Notes: generated by a model from the sequence alone, not told the origin. A DNA stretch of 64,000 nucleotides from an uncultured Clostridia bacterium (GCA_934434555.1 CAKRZX010000010.1:1841-65840), one strand, 5' to 3'; shown: positions 54,243 through 64,000, numbered from the stretch's first letter. Numbers and translations are program-made.

Positions 54243-55169
54243 TTACATATAAACTATCTGTCCGATTTTCCTTAAAAGCGTGTTCTTCCAAAAACCGTAC
54301 TTAAAACAGGTGCTTATTTTTTTCATTTTGTTCATTTCCGCCATAGCGGCGTAGGCGGAAACGGTTTTGAAGTTTTCGCCCAGTTCGGCTTTGTAGATTT
54401 TGGCAATATCACGGGCTTGCAGAAATGTATCATAAACGGACGATGTATTTTTTTTGCCGTCGGAAATCTTCTTTATTTTGTATTCAGCCGAGCGCACGTC
54501 TTTTGCGCCGACTTCGTTATCGCCGTGCTGACGGTAGAAAATAAGCGGACGGTCGATAAAATCAACAGTTCCTGCCGCAAGGGCGAGAATGTTAAGATAC
54601 CAGTCGTGCATAATCATATTTTCCAAAGAATCTTTTTTTAACATAAGGGCGCGCAGTGGCTGATTTATCATTGCGGTGCAGCCCGTTACGGCATTTTGTA
54701 TAAGCGCGTTGTTAAGCGTTTGTTTTTTGGGCAGTTTCTGCATTGAAAACAGCGACGGTGAAATAATATTAAAGTCCGCATCGGTAACAAAAAGGTCACT
54801 GTGGACGAGCCGCGGGCGGTGAAAATCGCCGGAAATCATTCTGTTAAGCGTGCATTCAACCTTATCGCTTGCCCATTTGTCATCGTGGTCGCAGAACATA
54901 AAGAAGTCTGCGTCGGGGGCATTTTTTAATAAAAACATAAAATTCGCCTGCGCGCTTTTTAAGGGAACGCCGCTTTTAATAAGTTTTATGCGGGAATCTT
55001 TATTTTCGTATTCTTTAAGAAGATCGGGCGTTTTGTCAACGGAAAAATCATCGCTTACGGTAATTGATATGTTACCGTAACTCTGGCAAAGCAGGCTGTC
55101 AAGCTGACAGGAGATAAATTTTTCGCTGTTGTGGGCGGCAACGAGAATTGCCACACTGTAATTATTCAT
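54243..55169 (-). CDS. Family 2 glycosyltransferase
   Basis: YSVAILVAAHNSEKFISCQLDSLLCQSY...ITVSDDFSVDKT is the GT2 N-terminal signature. The likely start is 55169; the track start is 55211. Confidence 0.75.
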   Translation of the reverse strand: MNNYSVAILVAAHNSEKFISCQLDSLLCQSYGNISITVSDDFSVDKTPDLLKEYENKDSRIKLIKSGVPLKSAQANFMFLLKNAPDADFFMFCDHDDKWASDKVECTLNRMISGDFHRPRLVHSDLFVTDADFNIISPSLFSMQKLPKKQTLNNALIQNAVTGCTAMINQPLRALMLKKDSLENMIMHDWYLNILALAAGTVDFIDRPLIFYRQHGDNEVGAKDVRSAEYKIKKISDGKKNTSSVYDTFLQARDIAKIYKAELGENFKTVSAYAAMAEMNKMKKISTCFKYGFWKNTLLRKIGQIVYM

Positions 55170-55326
55170 TTGATTTCTCCCATAATATACTGCGGAAAAA
55201 TAGTACCACAAAACGCGGATATCGTCAAGACATAAAAAAGAGTAATATTTTTTTAATAAAATCGGTGTACAGATAATGTGAAATAGTGTATAATAACAAA
55301 AAAAGACGAATTAAGGAGAGAGACAT

Positions 55327-56502
55327 ATGCTGTTTGAAACACGCGATACAGTAAGTTGGTGGTTGCAGATAGTTGCCGTGGCTCTTGCAATTGCAATAGT
55401 AGTTACCGGAGGTTTGCTTATAGGCTGGGACGCCTACTTCGGGCAGATGAAGGGGACAAGGTATAAAAGTCAGGGCGGTGTTGATATCAACAATACTACC
55501 ATAAACGAGGGTAACGGCGACAAAGGTCCGAACCTTGATGAACTTGAACCGGCGGATTCGGGTGAAGAAGAGAATAACAGCGAGATAACCGGCGAAACAA
55601 TTCACCCCTCACAGTTAAACAACCTTAAAGACAATATTAAGCAGTGGATGAATACGGGCAGTGCGGTACACGATTCAAACGTTACCAACATTCTGCTTGT
55701 GGGTATGGACGACAATTACAGCAAGACGCTTTCCGACCATGGCAGGGCGGACGCAATGATGCTGATGTCAATAAACCACAAAACAAAAACAATAACTCTT
55801 GCATCGCTTATGCGTGATCAGTATGCGTATATCGTACACAACGGCAAGGGCAGTTTCCAAAAACTGCACCATTCGCTTAACTACGGTCCCGCAACGCTTA
55901 TTCAGATGATTGAAAGATACTATAAAGTTACTATCGACAACTACGTTATAGTAAACTTTGCGTCGGTTGCAAAGGTTATAGATGCGCTCGGCGGAGTTAC
56001 GATTACAATTGAGCCCAACGAGGCAAAATATCTGCGGGATACCTGCGGGTGGAACATCTCTTACGGCGAAAGCACCATAGGCGTCGACGGCGCTCACGCG
56101 CTGACGTATATGCGAATCCGTAAAGGTTCAACCGGCGGCGATACCGCAAGAACCGGCAGACAGCGTAAGGTTATTATGACTATGATGGACGAGGCAAAGC
56201 AGTGCTCGCTTACCGAACTTGTGGGTGTTGTAAACGCAATGATTCCGTATGTACGCACGGGACTGAGTTCAACAGAAGTGCTTGCCTATGCCACAAACGC
56301 TCTTACGGGCGGATGGTTCAATTATGAAATAAAACAGGTTGTTCTTCCCGACGACGACTGTGCGGTAGGGTTTATGAATCCCGAGGATAACGGCTGGTAC
56401 TGGAAAACCGATTTCCCCATAGCCGCACAGAAACTTCAAACCGCGATTTACGGTAAAACGAACATCGAACTTGAAAAGAACAGAAAGAGCTGGATTAAAT
56501 AA
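55327..56502 (+). CDS. LytR-CpsA-Psr (LCP) family cell-envelope phosphotransferase
   Basis: N-terminal TM helix. NILLVGMDD...GRADAMMLMSINHKTKTITLASLMRD...VNFASVAKVIDALGGV...YMRIR. Confidence 0.8.
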   Translation: MLFETRDTVSWWLQIVAVALAIAIVVTGGLLIGWDAYFGQMKGTRYKSQGGVDINNTTINEGNGDKGPNLDELEPADSGEEENNSEITGETIHPSQLNNLKDNIKQWMNTGSAVHDSNVTNILLVGMDDNYSKTLSDHGRADAMMLMSINHKTKTITLASLMRDQYAYIVHNGKGSFQKLHHSLNYGPATLIQMIERYYKVTIDNYVIVNFASVAKVIDALGGVTITIEPNEAKYLRDTCGWNISYGESTIGVDGAHALTYMRIRKGSTGGDTARTGRQRKVIMTMMDEAKQCSLTELVGVVNAMIPYVRTGLSSTEVLAYATNALTGGWFNYEIKQVVLPDDDCAVGFMNPEDNGWYWKTDFPIAAQKLQTAIYGKTNIELEKNRKSWIK

Positions 56503-56509
56503 TTTTCGC

Positions 56510-56538
56510 TTGCAAAAAAAGCGGGCGTGTGCTAAAAT
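56510..56538 (+). promoter_or_regulatory. Putative sigma-A promoter of the pheST leader
   Basis: TTGCAA, 17 nt spacer with a TG-extended element, then TAAAAT. Confidence 0.55.
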
Positions 56539-56544
56539 ACATGC

Positions 56545-56777
56545 GTAAATACAGTGAAGAAGTAAAGTAGGCATATTTCCTTTTGCAAAGAGAGGGACGG
56601 AAAGGTGAGAGCGTCCCCGAAAGCGTATGTTGAAGTTCACTTCGGAGTTTCCGTGCCGAAAGGTTTTTGTGTAAGCGCGGGCGGCAGACACCGTTATCGG
56701 TCATAAAGGCGTTTTAATTAAGCGTAAATTAGGGTGGTACCGCGGTCTTCGTCCCTTGGGATGAAGACCTTTTTTTA
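56545..56777 (+). promoter_or_regulatory. T-box riboswitch leader, Phe specifier (UUC at 56636-56638)
   Basis: Stem I elements AGAGAGG...GGTGAGAG. Specifier GAAG-UUC-A. T-box sequence AATTAGGGTGGTACCGCG (56728-56745). Terminator GGTCTTCGTCCCTTGGGATGAAGACC followed by T7. Confidence 0.85.
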
Positions 56778-56795
56778 TTTTTAGGAGGAAAGAAT

Positions 56796-57818
56796 ATGTT
56801 TGACAAATTAACAGCCGTAAGAGAACGTTTTGAAGAACGGCTTAAAAACCTGGACGGACCGGGTGATTTGGAAGATTTGCGCGTGTCCTTTACGGGAAAG
56901 AAAGGCGAATTGACCGAAATACTCCGCTCAATGGGTTCGCTTTCGCCGGAAGAAAGACCGAAAATGGGGCAGAAAGTAAATGAACTGCGCAATGCTATTG
57001 AAGAGGCTATTGCCAAAAAGAAGGAAGAGTTTAATTCCGCAATGCGTGAGGAACAGCTTAAAAACGAGGTTATTGATGTTACCGTTCCCGCACAGCCGCA
57101 AACTTTGGGCACATATCACCCTCTGACGCTTACACAGGAGAAAATGTGCGAAATTTTCCGCAGCATGGGCTTTGATGTTGTTGACGGACCCGAGGTTGAA
57201 ACCGATTACTACAACTTCAAGGCGCTGAATCTTCCCGACGATCACCCCGCCCGCGATATGCAGGACACGTTCTATATCGCAAAAAATCTGCTGCTGCGCA
57301 CACAGACGTCTGCGGCACAGATACGCACAATGAAAACCCGCAACGTGCCTATCCGCGTTATCTGCCCCGGCCGCGTTTACCGCGCAGATGAAGTTGATGC
57401 CACACACTCGCCTGTTTTCCACCAGCTTGAAGGACTTGTGGTTGACAAGGGCATAAACCTTTGCCACCTTAAATATGTGCTTGAAGAATTCGCTCACGAA
57501 ATGTACGGCAAGGACGTTAAGGTAAAATTCCGCCCCTCGTATTTCCCCTTTACCGAACCCAGCGTTGAAGTGGATTTGACGTGCAGTGAGTGCGGGGGTA
57601 AAGGCTGCCGCGTTTGCAAGGGAACCGGCTGGATAGAGATCCTCGGCGCGGGTATGGTACACCCGAATGTTTTGCGCGAATGCGGAATTGATCCGGAAGT
57701 ATATTCGGGCTTTGCGTTCGGCATAGGCATAGACCGTATTACAACAACACGCTATAAGATTCCCGATTTGCGTCTTGTATTTGAAAATGACGTAAGATTC
57801 CTTAAACAGTTTAAGTAA
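56796..57818 (+). CDS. pheS: Phenylalanine--tRNA ligase alpha subunit
   Basis: HPLT...FEALNIP-type region (FKALNLPDDHPARDMQDTFY), and class II motifs (RTQTSAAQIR, GRVYR, FRPSYFPFTEPS, GAGMVHP). Confidence 0.95.
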   Translation: MFDKLTAVRERFEERLKNLDGPGDLEDLRVSFTGKKGELTEILRSMGSLSPEERPKMGQKVNELRNAIEEAIAKKKEEFNSAMREEQLKNEVIDVTVPAQPQTLGTYHPLTLTQEKMCEIFRSMGFDVVDGPEVETDYYNFKALNLPDDHPARDMQDTFYIAKNLLLRTQTSAAQIRTMKTRNVPIRVICPGRVYRADEVDATHSPVFHQLEGLVVDKGINLCHLKYVLEEFAHEMYGKDVKVKFRPSYFPFTEPSVEVDLTCSECGGKGCRVCKGTGWIEILGAGMVHPNVLRECGIDPEVYSGFAFGIGIDRITTTRYKIPDLRLVFENDVRFLKQFK

Positions 57819-57835
57819 TGGGGGGAAAAAGATAA

Positions 57836-60211
57836 ATGAAAGTATCATATAACTGGCTTAAAAAATATGTTGATATAGACGTTACGCCCGAAGTGCTTTG
57901 CGATAAAATGACAAGCCAGGGGTTTGAAGTTGAGGGAATGGAGAAAAATGCCGCCCTTACTAACGTCGTTGTTGCAAAAATTCTTAAAATAGAGCCGCAC
58001 CCGGATTCTGACCACCTGCTTATCTGCCAGCTTGACTGCGGTCAGGAGGGACCCGTTCAGATTGTTACCGGTGCGCATAACGTGTTCGAGGGCGCTTTTG
58101 TTCCCGCTGCACTGCACGATTCCTGTCTTCCCGGAAACGTTCACATCAAAAAAGGCAAACTCCGCGGCGTTCCCAGCAACGGTATGATGTGCTCGGGAAA
58201 AGAACTTGGCATTCTCGGAACAGATTTCCCCAACGCGGACGTTGACGGAATCCTGATTCTTGACGAAAAGTGGGCGCCGGGCACTGATATGAATACCGTA
58301 CTCGGACTTGATGACTGTGTTATTGATTTCTCCGTTACGTCAAACCGCCCCGACTGCAACTGTGTTTTGGGTATTGCCCGCGAAGTTGCCGTATGCCTTA
58401 ACAAAAAAATCACTCTGCCGAATACGGGCTACGAAGTTAAAAGGCCCGCGGAAGAGCCGGTTGAAGTAACCGTTGCTGACCGCGACCTTTGCCCCCGATA
58501 TATCGGCGCACAGGTTGAGAATATCCGCATTGCGCCCTCGCCGAAATGGCTGTGTGACTGCCTTTATGCAGCGGGTATGCGCCCCATAAACAATATTGTT
58601 GATATAACAAACTTTGTAATGCTTGAAACGGGTCAGCCTATGCACGCGTTTGACGTTTCGGACATTGCAAAGCATAAAATCATAGTTCGCCGCGCCGAAA
58701 ACGGTGAGGAACTTACCACCCTTGACGGCAAAAAGCACACGCTTAAAGACGATATGCTTGTTATTGCCGACGGCGACCGTGCAGTAGGCATTGCAGGTGT
58801 TATGGGCGGCGAAAACAGTGAGATTAAGGACAGCACAAAGGCAATATTTTTTGAATCGGCAAAATTCCGCCGCGACAGCGTGCGCAAAACCGCCCGCGGA
58901 CTCGGTATCGCCACGGAAGCGTCGTCCCGTTTTGAAAAGGGTGTTGACGCTGCGGGCTGCCGCTTTGCACTTGACAGAGCGCTCCACCTTATAGACGAAC
59001 TTGACGCAGGCGATATCACAAGCTGGAACCCCGATGTTTATGATTCTCTTCCCGCGCCCCGCGAACTCAAAGCGCTCCTTAAACGCATTGAGGAACTGCT
59101 GGGCATTACCGTGCCCGCCGAAACGATACTTTCAATACTCAACAATCTCGGTATTGACGCATATCTTTCCGGTGAAACGGTAATATGCAATATTCCCACC
59201 CGGCGCGACGATATTGAGGGGGTCGCCGATATAGCGGAGGAGATAATCCGCGTTTACGGCTATGACCATATAATTTCCCGTCCGCTTTCGGGCGTGCTCA
59301 CGAGGGGAACGAAAACAAAAGACAGGCTTATGAGCGATAAAGTAAAGGAACTTGCCGTTGCCCTGGGCGCAAACGAGATTGCAACATATTCGTTTATCTC
59401 TCAAAAGGCTTACGATATGCTTGGAATTTCAAGCGAAAACACTGTAAAACTGCTTAACCCCCTGGGCGAAGATTATTCGATAATGCGGACGCAACTTTAT
59501 TCAAGTATGCTTTCCGTAATGGCTTTCAATGCGTCAAAGGGAACAAAGGATATGCGCCTGTTTGAAATCAGCCGCCTGTTTATTCCCGAAAAACAGCCGG
59601 TTGAAGAGCAGCCCGAAGAGAGAAACACGCTTATTTTCGGCTTTATGGGCGAAAAAGAAGATTTCTTCACCCTTAAATCCGCTTTTGAAACCGTGCTTGA
59701 TTACTTCGGAATTAAAGCGACATATGAGAAAAATGACCTGCCGTTTATGCACCCGGGCAGGCAGGCGCGGATTATTGTAAACGGCAAAAAAATCGCCGAT
59801 ATGGGCGAAATTCATCCCGACGTTGCGGCGGCATTCGGCATTTCGGGTCGTCCACTGGTCGTTCAGGCTGACTTAAAGGATATGTTCGCGGCGGCAAACA
59901 CACGGGTTATATATAAGGCTCTGCCCAAATATCCCGCAATTCAGCGCGATTTGGCGGTGCTTGTTGACGAAACCTGTGAAATAGGACCTATGATTGACGC
60001 CATACGCTCGGCGGGTGGAAACATAATAGATAAGGTTGAACTTTTTGATATTTATAAAAATCCCGTTCTCGGTGCGGGCAAAATGAGCGTTGCATTCTCC
60101 ATAACAATGCTCAATCCCGAGCGCACCCTTAAAGCCGAAGAGGCGCAGAAAGCGTTTGATAAAATCGTTCGCTCTCTTGAATACCGTTTCGGCGCGTCAT
60201 TGAGAGGATAG
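57836..60211 (+). CDS. pheT: Phenylalanine--tRNA ligase beta subunit
   Basis: MKVSYNWLKKYVDI, tRNA-binding domain ...HPDSDHL..CQ, and B3/4, B5 and FDX-ACB regions. 791 aa. Confidence 0.95.
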   Translation: MKVSYNWLKKYVDIDVTPEVLCDKMTSQGFEVEGMEKNAALTNVVVAKILKIEPHPDSDHLLICQLDCGQEGPVQIVTGAHNVFEGAFVPAALHDSCLPGNVHIKKGKLRGVPSNGMMCSGKELGILGTDFPNADVDGILILDEKWAPGTDMNTVLGLDDCVIDFSVTSNRPDCNCVLGIAREVAVCLNKKITLPNTGYEVKRPAEEPVEVTVADRDLCPRYIGAQVENIRIAPSPKWLCDCLYAAGMRPINNIVDITNFVMLETGQPMHAFDVSDIAKHKIIVRRAENGEELTTLDGKKHTLKDDMLVIADGDRAVGIAGVMGGENSEIKDSTKAIFFESAKFRRDSVRKTARGLGIATEASSRFEKGVDAAGCRFALDRALHLIDELDAGDITSWNPDVYDSLPAPRELKALLKRIEELLGITVPAETILSILNNLGIDAYLSGETVICNIPTRRDDIEGVADIAEEIIRVYGYDHIISRPLSGVLTRGTKTKDRLMSDKVKELAVALGANEIATYSFISQKAYDMLGISSENTVKLLNPLGEDYSIMRTQLYSSMLSVMAFNASKGTKDMRLFEISRLFIPEKQPVEEQPEERNTLIFGFMGEKEDFFTLKSAFETVLDYFGIKATYEKNDLPFMHPGRQARIIVNGKKIADMGEIHPDVAAAFGISGRPLVVQADLKDMFAAANTRVIYKALPKYPAIQRDLAVLVDETCEIGPMIDAIRSAGGNIIDKVELFDIYKNPVLGAGKMSVAFSITMLNPERTLKAEEAQKAFDKIVRSLEYRFGASLRG

Positions 60212-60316
60212 TTTATGATAAAGCAGATTTCGGTCTGCTTTATTTTTTTAGTTGAACTTTTTTTAGTTTAATGATACAATATAATAGAATATTTATCCTC
60301 ATTGGGAGGGAAGCCA

Positions 60317-63300
60317 ATGGCAGATAAGCCTGATAACAATTTTGAAGTTTCTTCGGTAAAACCGAATAAGAAAAATACAAACGAAATACCGTCTTATGAA
60401 ATCGGCACGGTGCGCCGTGAAAAAAGCGAGCGTCAGAGCCGCCCCGCGTCAAGCGTGGGAGTGGAAAGCGTACGTCCGCGCCAAAGCGAACAGCCGCGGC
60501 AGAGCCGTCCCGCGTCAAGCGTGGGAGTGGAAAGTGTACGTCCGCGCCAAAGCGAGCAACCGCGACAGACCCGACCCGCGTCAAGCGTGGGAGTGGAAAG
60601 CGTACGTCCGCGCCAAAGCGAACAGCCGCGGCAGAGCCGTCCCGCGTCAAGCGTGGGAGTGGAAAGTGTACGTCCGCGCCAAAGCGAGCAACCGCGACAG
60701 ACCCGACCCGCGTCAAGTGTGGGAGTGGAAAATGTTCGTCCGCGACAGAACGAGCAACCGCGGCAAGCACGACCTACATCAAGCGTGGGAGTGGAAAGCG
60801 TACGTCCGCGCCAAAGCGAACAGCCGCGTCAGAGCCGACCCGCGTCAAGCGTGGGAGTGGAAAGCGTTCGTCCGCGCCAAAGCGAACAGCCGCGACAAGC
60901 ACGACCCGCGTCAAGCGTGGGAGTGGAAAATGTTCGTCCGCGCCAAAGCGAACAGCCGAGGCAAGCCCGCCCCGTGCCGGATTCGGGCAAGGAAAATATC
61001 CGTCAGCGTCAGGCAATGACCACGGCAGATACAGGCGAAAAAAGACAGCGCATTTCCAAGTCATCGCGCAAGGAAGCCGCAGAGAAGGAAAACGAACGCA
61101 GAATCAAGGAATTGGGCGCGCTTGCGGAGTATTTCAAACCCCGCGACAACAAACCCCGCAACTACTTTATAAATCTGTGCATAGTAACATTCAAAATGTT
61201 CCTTGTGTGCGTGCTTATCGTGGGCTTTTCGGGCATGGGCTTTGTACTCGGTATGTCAAAATCCTACCTTGAAACTGTCCCCGAAATCGACTTCACACAG
61301 GTTACGGGTCAGGACCAGGCGTCAATTCTTTATGATGCAAACGGAGAGGTTATAGGCAATTATTACAATATGGAAAACCGCGAGTGGGCGGAGCTTTCCG
61401 AAGTGCCGGAAAACTTACAAAACGCAGTAATTGCCATTGAGGACGTTCGTTTCCGCCGTCACATGGGTATTGACTTTAAGCGTATCGTGGGCGCAGCCAT
61501 AAGCAATCTGGGCGGCGGCAGTATGCAGGGCGGTTCAACCATAACACAGCAGTTGATAAAAAATACGATGCTGTCATTTGAGCAGACGTACAAGCGCAAA
61601 ATTCAGGAAGCATCGATTGCGCTTGAACTTGAAAAACTCTACTCAAAGGATCAGATACTTGAAGCGTATCTTAATACAATTTATATGGGCGGTTCCTGCT
61701 ACGGTATGAAAACCGCCGCAAAGGACTATTTCGGCAAGGACCTGAGCGAACTTACTTTGCGCGAGTGCGCCTGTCTTGCGGGACTTATACAGAATCCGTC
61801 AAGATACAATCCCCGCAGCAACTACTATTCCCGCTCAAATCCCAAGCGTACAGACAACAGAACGAATCTTGTTTTGTATGAGATGTGCGAAAACGGCTTT
61901 ATCACAAAGGAACAGTACGAGGAAGCCAAGAAAGACACGATGACCGTACTTGAAGAGTCGCCCTACGCGTCGCAGATAAGTATGATTTACTTCACCGATT
62001 ATATTCTTGACAGCGCCGTTGACGCAATAATCGAGGACAGAAACCTTGAAGACAACGCCAAGAACAGAACGGCTATCCGCAAGGAAATCCGCACCGGCGG
62101 TTACGGGATATATTCGACCCTTGACAGCAAAAAGCAGCTTGCTGCCGAAGAGGCACTTTATAACTACAACAATTATCCCAAAATGCGCTCGTCAACGGAT
62201 AATTACACCGTTGTGGGCACAAACCCCGACGGTTCGGTAATCCGTCTTGTTCAGCCCCAGGCGGCAATGGCGGTGGTGGACTTCCGCAACGGGCATATAA
62301 TCGCCCTTGTGGGCGGACGTCAGGCACCTACGGGAAGCCTTGAATTCAACCGTTCATATCAGTCAACAATGCCGGTAGGTTCGTCAATCAAGCCTATCTC
62401 CGTTTACGGACCCGCAATAGAAAAAGGCGCGGGCATCGGCACGGTTTATTACGATTTCCAGATGCGTATAAAGGGCTGGGGAACGGAAGCGGATAAGGGC
62501 TATCCCGCAAACAACTCCCGTTCGTACAACAATGCTCCCGTAACGATGCGCAGGGCGTTTACCGCGTCCCTGAACGTTACCGCTGCCCAGGCGCTTATGT
62601 ATGACGTGGGGCTTGACGACTCCTTCAACTTCCTTAAAAAATTGGGCGTTAATGAAAAGCATATAAGCAAAACCGGCTCCGGTCTTGCATTGGGAAGTTC
62701 GGGCATTACGCCCCTTGAAATGGCAGGCGCGTATACCGCAATAGCAAACCTGGGTACCTATATTGAGCCTATCGCCTTTACAAAAATAGTTGATAAAGAC
62801 GGAAACGTTATTGTGGATATGGAATCAAAACAGATAAAACGCAAGGTGTTTTCCGAAAGTACTGCATGGCAGATAACCGATATGATGCGTTCCGTTGCAC
62901 TGGGAATGCCGAAATCGAATGTGGCGGGGCAGACCGTTTACGGTAAAACCGGAACAAACTCCGACAGCCGAGGCGTATTCTTCGCGGGCTTTACGGGCTG
63001 GTATGTTGGCTGCTGCTGGATAGGCTCCGATGCCTACAAGGCGCTTACCGCCAATGCAGGCGGCGGCTCGTATGCGGCACCTTTGTTTGCAACCGTTATG
63101 AAAGCCATTCATAAAGGTATGGAAAACCGCGCGGCAAACGACGTTGACCCGGAGACAATAGGCGTAACGCAGATGCAGTACTGCTCAATTTCGGGCAAAA
63201 AGGCAACGGCGGCGTGTCCGAAAACTCACACCGAGTACGGCAATTCTTCCACTATTCCGGATTGCGACCTGCACGCAACGGTGAAGATATGTACATCTTC

Positions 63301-63499
63301 CGGCGCCCTTGCAACCCCGTACTGCCCGGAAAATCTTATTGAGCAGAAGAGCATAACCATGGTGCCGTCATCGGGAATCCTTAATGATATGTACAATAAC
63401 AACCACAGTATATTTGTGCGCATTGCGGGTGAAGCAGTGCTTAATATGAGTAAGTGCTCCGTACATTCTTCCGCTCCGGAAGAAAAACCGGCAGAATAA
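60317..63499 (+). CDS. Class A penicillin-binding protein (GT51 transglycosylase plus transpeptidase) with a ~290 aa repetitive N-terminal cytoplasmic extension
   Basis: EDVRFRRHMGID and GGSTITQQL (GT51). GSSIKP, SRN-like and KTGT motifs (transpeptidase). TM helix at FINLCIVTFKMFLVCVLIVGF. ATG at 60317 after SD gggaggg. Confidence 0.9.
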   Translation: MADKPDNNFEVSSVKPNKKNTNEIPSYEIGTVRREKSERQSRPASSVGVESVRPRQSEQPRQSRPASSVGVESVRPRQSEQPRQTRPASSVGVESVRPRQSEQPRQSRPASSVGVESVRPRQSEQPRQTRPASSVGVENVRPRQNEQPRQARPTSSVGVESVRPRQSEQPRQSRPASSVGVESVRPRQSEQPRQARPASSVGVENVRPRQSEQPRQARPVPDSGKENIRQRQAMTTADTGEKRQRISKSSRKEAAEKENERRIKELGALAEYFKPRDNKPRNYFINLCIVTFKMFLVCVLIVGFSGMGFVLGMSKSYLETVPEIDFTQVTGQDQASILYDANGEVIGNYYNMENREWAELSEVPENLQNAVIAIEDVRFRRHMGIDFKRIVGAAISNLGGGSMQGGSTITQQLIKNTMLSFEQTYKRKIQEASIALELEKLYSKDQILEAYLNTIYMGGSCYGMKTAAKDYFGKDLSELTLRECACLAGLIQNPSRYNPRSNYYSRSNPKRTDNRTNLVLYEMCENGFITKEQYEEAKKDTMTVLEESPYASQISMIYFTDYILDSAVDAIIEDRNLEDNAKNRTAIRKEIRTGGYGIYSTLDSKKQLAAEEALYNYNNYPKMRSSTDNYTVVGTNPDGSVIRLVQPQAAMAVVDFRNGHIIALVGGRQAPTGSLEFNRSYQSTMPVGSSIKPISVYGPAIEKGAGIGTVYYDFQMRIKGWGTEADKGYPANNSRSYNNAPVTMRRAFTASLNVTAAQALMYDVGLDDSFNFLKKLGVNEKHISKTGSGLALGSSGITPLEMAGAYTAIANLGTYIEPIAFTKIVDKDGNVIVDMESKQIKRKVFSESTAWQITDMMRSVALGMPKSNVAGQTVYGKTGTNSDSRGVFFAGFTGWYVGCCWIGSDAYKALTANAGGGSYAAPLFATVMKAIHKGMENRAANDVDPETIGVTQMQYCSISGKKATAACPKTHTEYGNSSTIPDCDLHATVKICTSSGALATPYCPENLIEQKSITMVPSSGILNDMYNNNHSIFVRIAGEAVLNMSKCSVHSSAPEEKPAE
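60440..60967 (+). repeat. Eight tandem 66-bp (22-aa) coding repeats, plus a degenerate ninth copy extending to ~61012
   Basis: The unit encodes RPASSVGVESVRPRQSEQPRQ[STA]. Copies 1-2 and 3-4 form a 132-bp higher-order repeat. Confidence 0.95.
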
Positions 63500-63501
63500 A
63501 A

Positions 63502-63538
63502 AAGGCTCCTCCGAGATTTTTCTCGGGGGAGTTTTTTA
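63502..63538. terminator. Bidirectional terminator between the PBP gene and the convergent gene
   Basis: CTCCTCCGAGA-TTTT-TCTCGGGGGAG stem flanked by A-runs and T-runs. Confidence 0.6.
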
Positions 63539-63540
63539 TT

Positions 63541-64000
63541 TTACGGAATGTCGTCAACAATGGTTTCAGGCGGAGCATCAAGTTTCTGAGGATTGTGCAG
63601 CAACTTTTCCATACCCTTAAATGCCGTTGCAAGATAATGTCCGTCGGTAATGCGTTCATCGGTAACAACAGTATAGTCAACCATCGTTTTCTGATAAACG
63701 CCGCCCTCAGGGTTAAGGCAGAGTTCACGCCGTTTTGCACCGAAAGTAATAAATACGGGCGTGTTGCCGAAATTGTAAAGGTGATGGTATATGGGCGGAA
63801 TTCCCAAAGAGCCTAAGTTTGAAACGTAAATGCTTGAATGAAAGGGCGATGCCGCTTCAATGGCTTTGGGAAGTTTGCCGAAGAAATCAAGAAACTGCAT
63901 AAAGGAAACAAACCAGCGCAATATAAGCTTCGGCATACGGTTTATTATGCGGGCAACGTTATCAAGAGCGGTGGTATCGCCGGCTTGACGCGCCTTTTCA
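63541..64000 (-). CDS. CAT/E2-like acyltransferase family protein (C-terminal part; the ORF continues past the window end)
   Basis: The frame stays open upstream of the Met at 63936 to position 64000. ...SNLGSLGIPPIYHHLYNFG...TDERITDGHY resembles the DHRxxDG catalytic motif of 2-oxoacid dehydrogenase E2/CAT-fold acyltransferases. Confidence 0.5.
   Translation of the reverse strand, partial: EKARQAGDTTALDNVARIINRMPKLILRWFVSFMQFLDFFGKLPKAIEAASPFHSSIYVSNLGSLGIPPIYHHLYNFGNTPVFITFGAKRRELCLNPEGGVYQKTMVDYTVVTDERITDGHYLATAFKGMEKLLHNPQKLDAPPETIVDDIP

Noticed and set aside
56928-57848. 306-aa minus-strand ORF antisense to pheS
   Set aside because: It overlaps the unmistakable pheS coding sequence and has no motifs. 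It is an antisense shadow ORF.
60440-60967. Regular 66-bp repeats that could be mistaken for a CRISPR array
   Set aside because: The units are contiguous with no unique spacers. They are in frame within the PBP ORF and encode a conserved 22-aa peptide. No cas genes or leader are present.
60240-61064. Long ORFs on the minus strand (60240-60770, 60774-61064) and in an alternative + frame (60396-61019)
   Set aside because: These are frame shadows created by the tandem repeats. Their translations are themselves repeats. They have no SD and overlap a well-supported PBP gene.

Overview
This window comes from a Firmicutes/Clostridia-type chromosome. Host markers are spoIIE, a Phe T-box leader upstream of pheS-pheT, an LCP-family gene and a class A PBP.

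(1) Positions 1 to about 40.6 kb hold an apparently complete temperate prophage. Its left end, including the 3' end of the integrase gene, lies outside the window. In order it carries an ImmR/ImmA-type immunity module, a Cro-like switch, and a YqaJ-exonuclease/RecT/SSB recombination module. These are followed by a C5 cytosine methyltransferase whose motif order looks circularly permuted, and a replisome-organizer gene with an internal 11-bp-phased iteron array. Next come TerS/TerL/portal, a phage-encoded Prp-like protease, and scaffold and capsid proteins that both carry the Prp cleavage motif. I could not recognise a tail tube, sheath or tape-measure set. The module continues with a 3,319-codon polyvalent protein, a tail fibre, and an XhlA/CHAP-endolysin/holin lysis cassette.

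(2) Positions 38.3-40.5 kb hold a minus-strand, AT-rich cargo islet. It encodes DarT (DUF4433), DarG (macrodomain) and a DUF2442 protein, and it abuts tRNA-Ser(GGA).

(3) spoIIE follows.

(4) Positions 43.2-51.7 kb hold a second, compact and intact-looking phage-like module. It encodes TerS, TerL, portal, scaffold, capsid and five more proteins. No integrase, replication, tail-fibre or lysis genes are next to it.

(5) The remainder is host: an XRE regulator with a membrane protein, a MOP-family transporter, a GT2 glycosyltransferase, an LCP protein, T-box-pheST, a PBP1A-like gene with 8 tandem 66-bp coding repeats, and a partial acyltransferase-like gene.

All domain calls rest on motifs I read in the translations and on synteny. 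No database search was possible. I found no CRISPR array and no rRNA.
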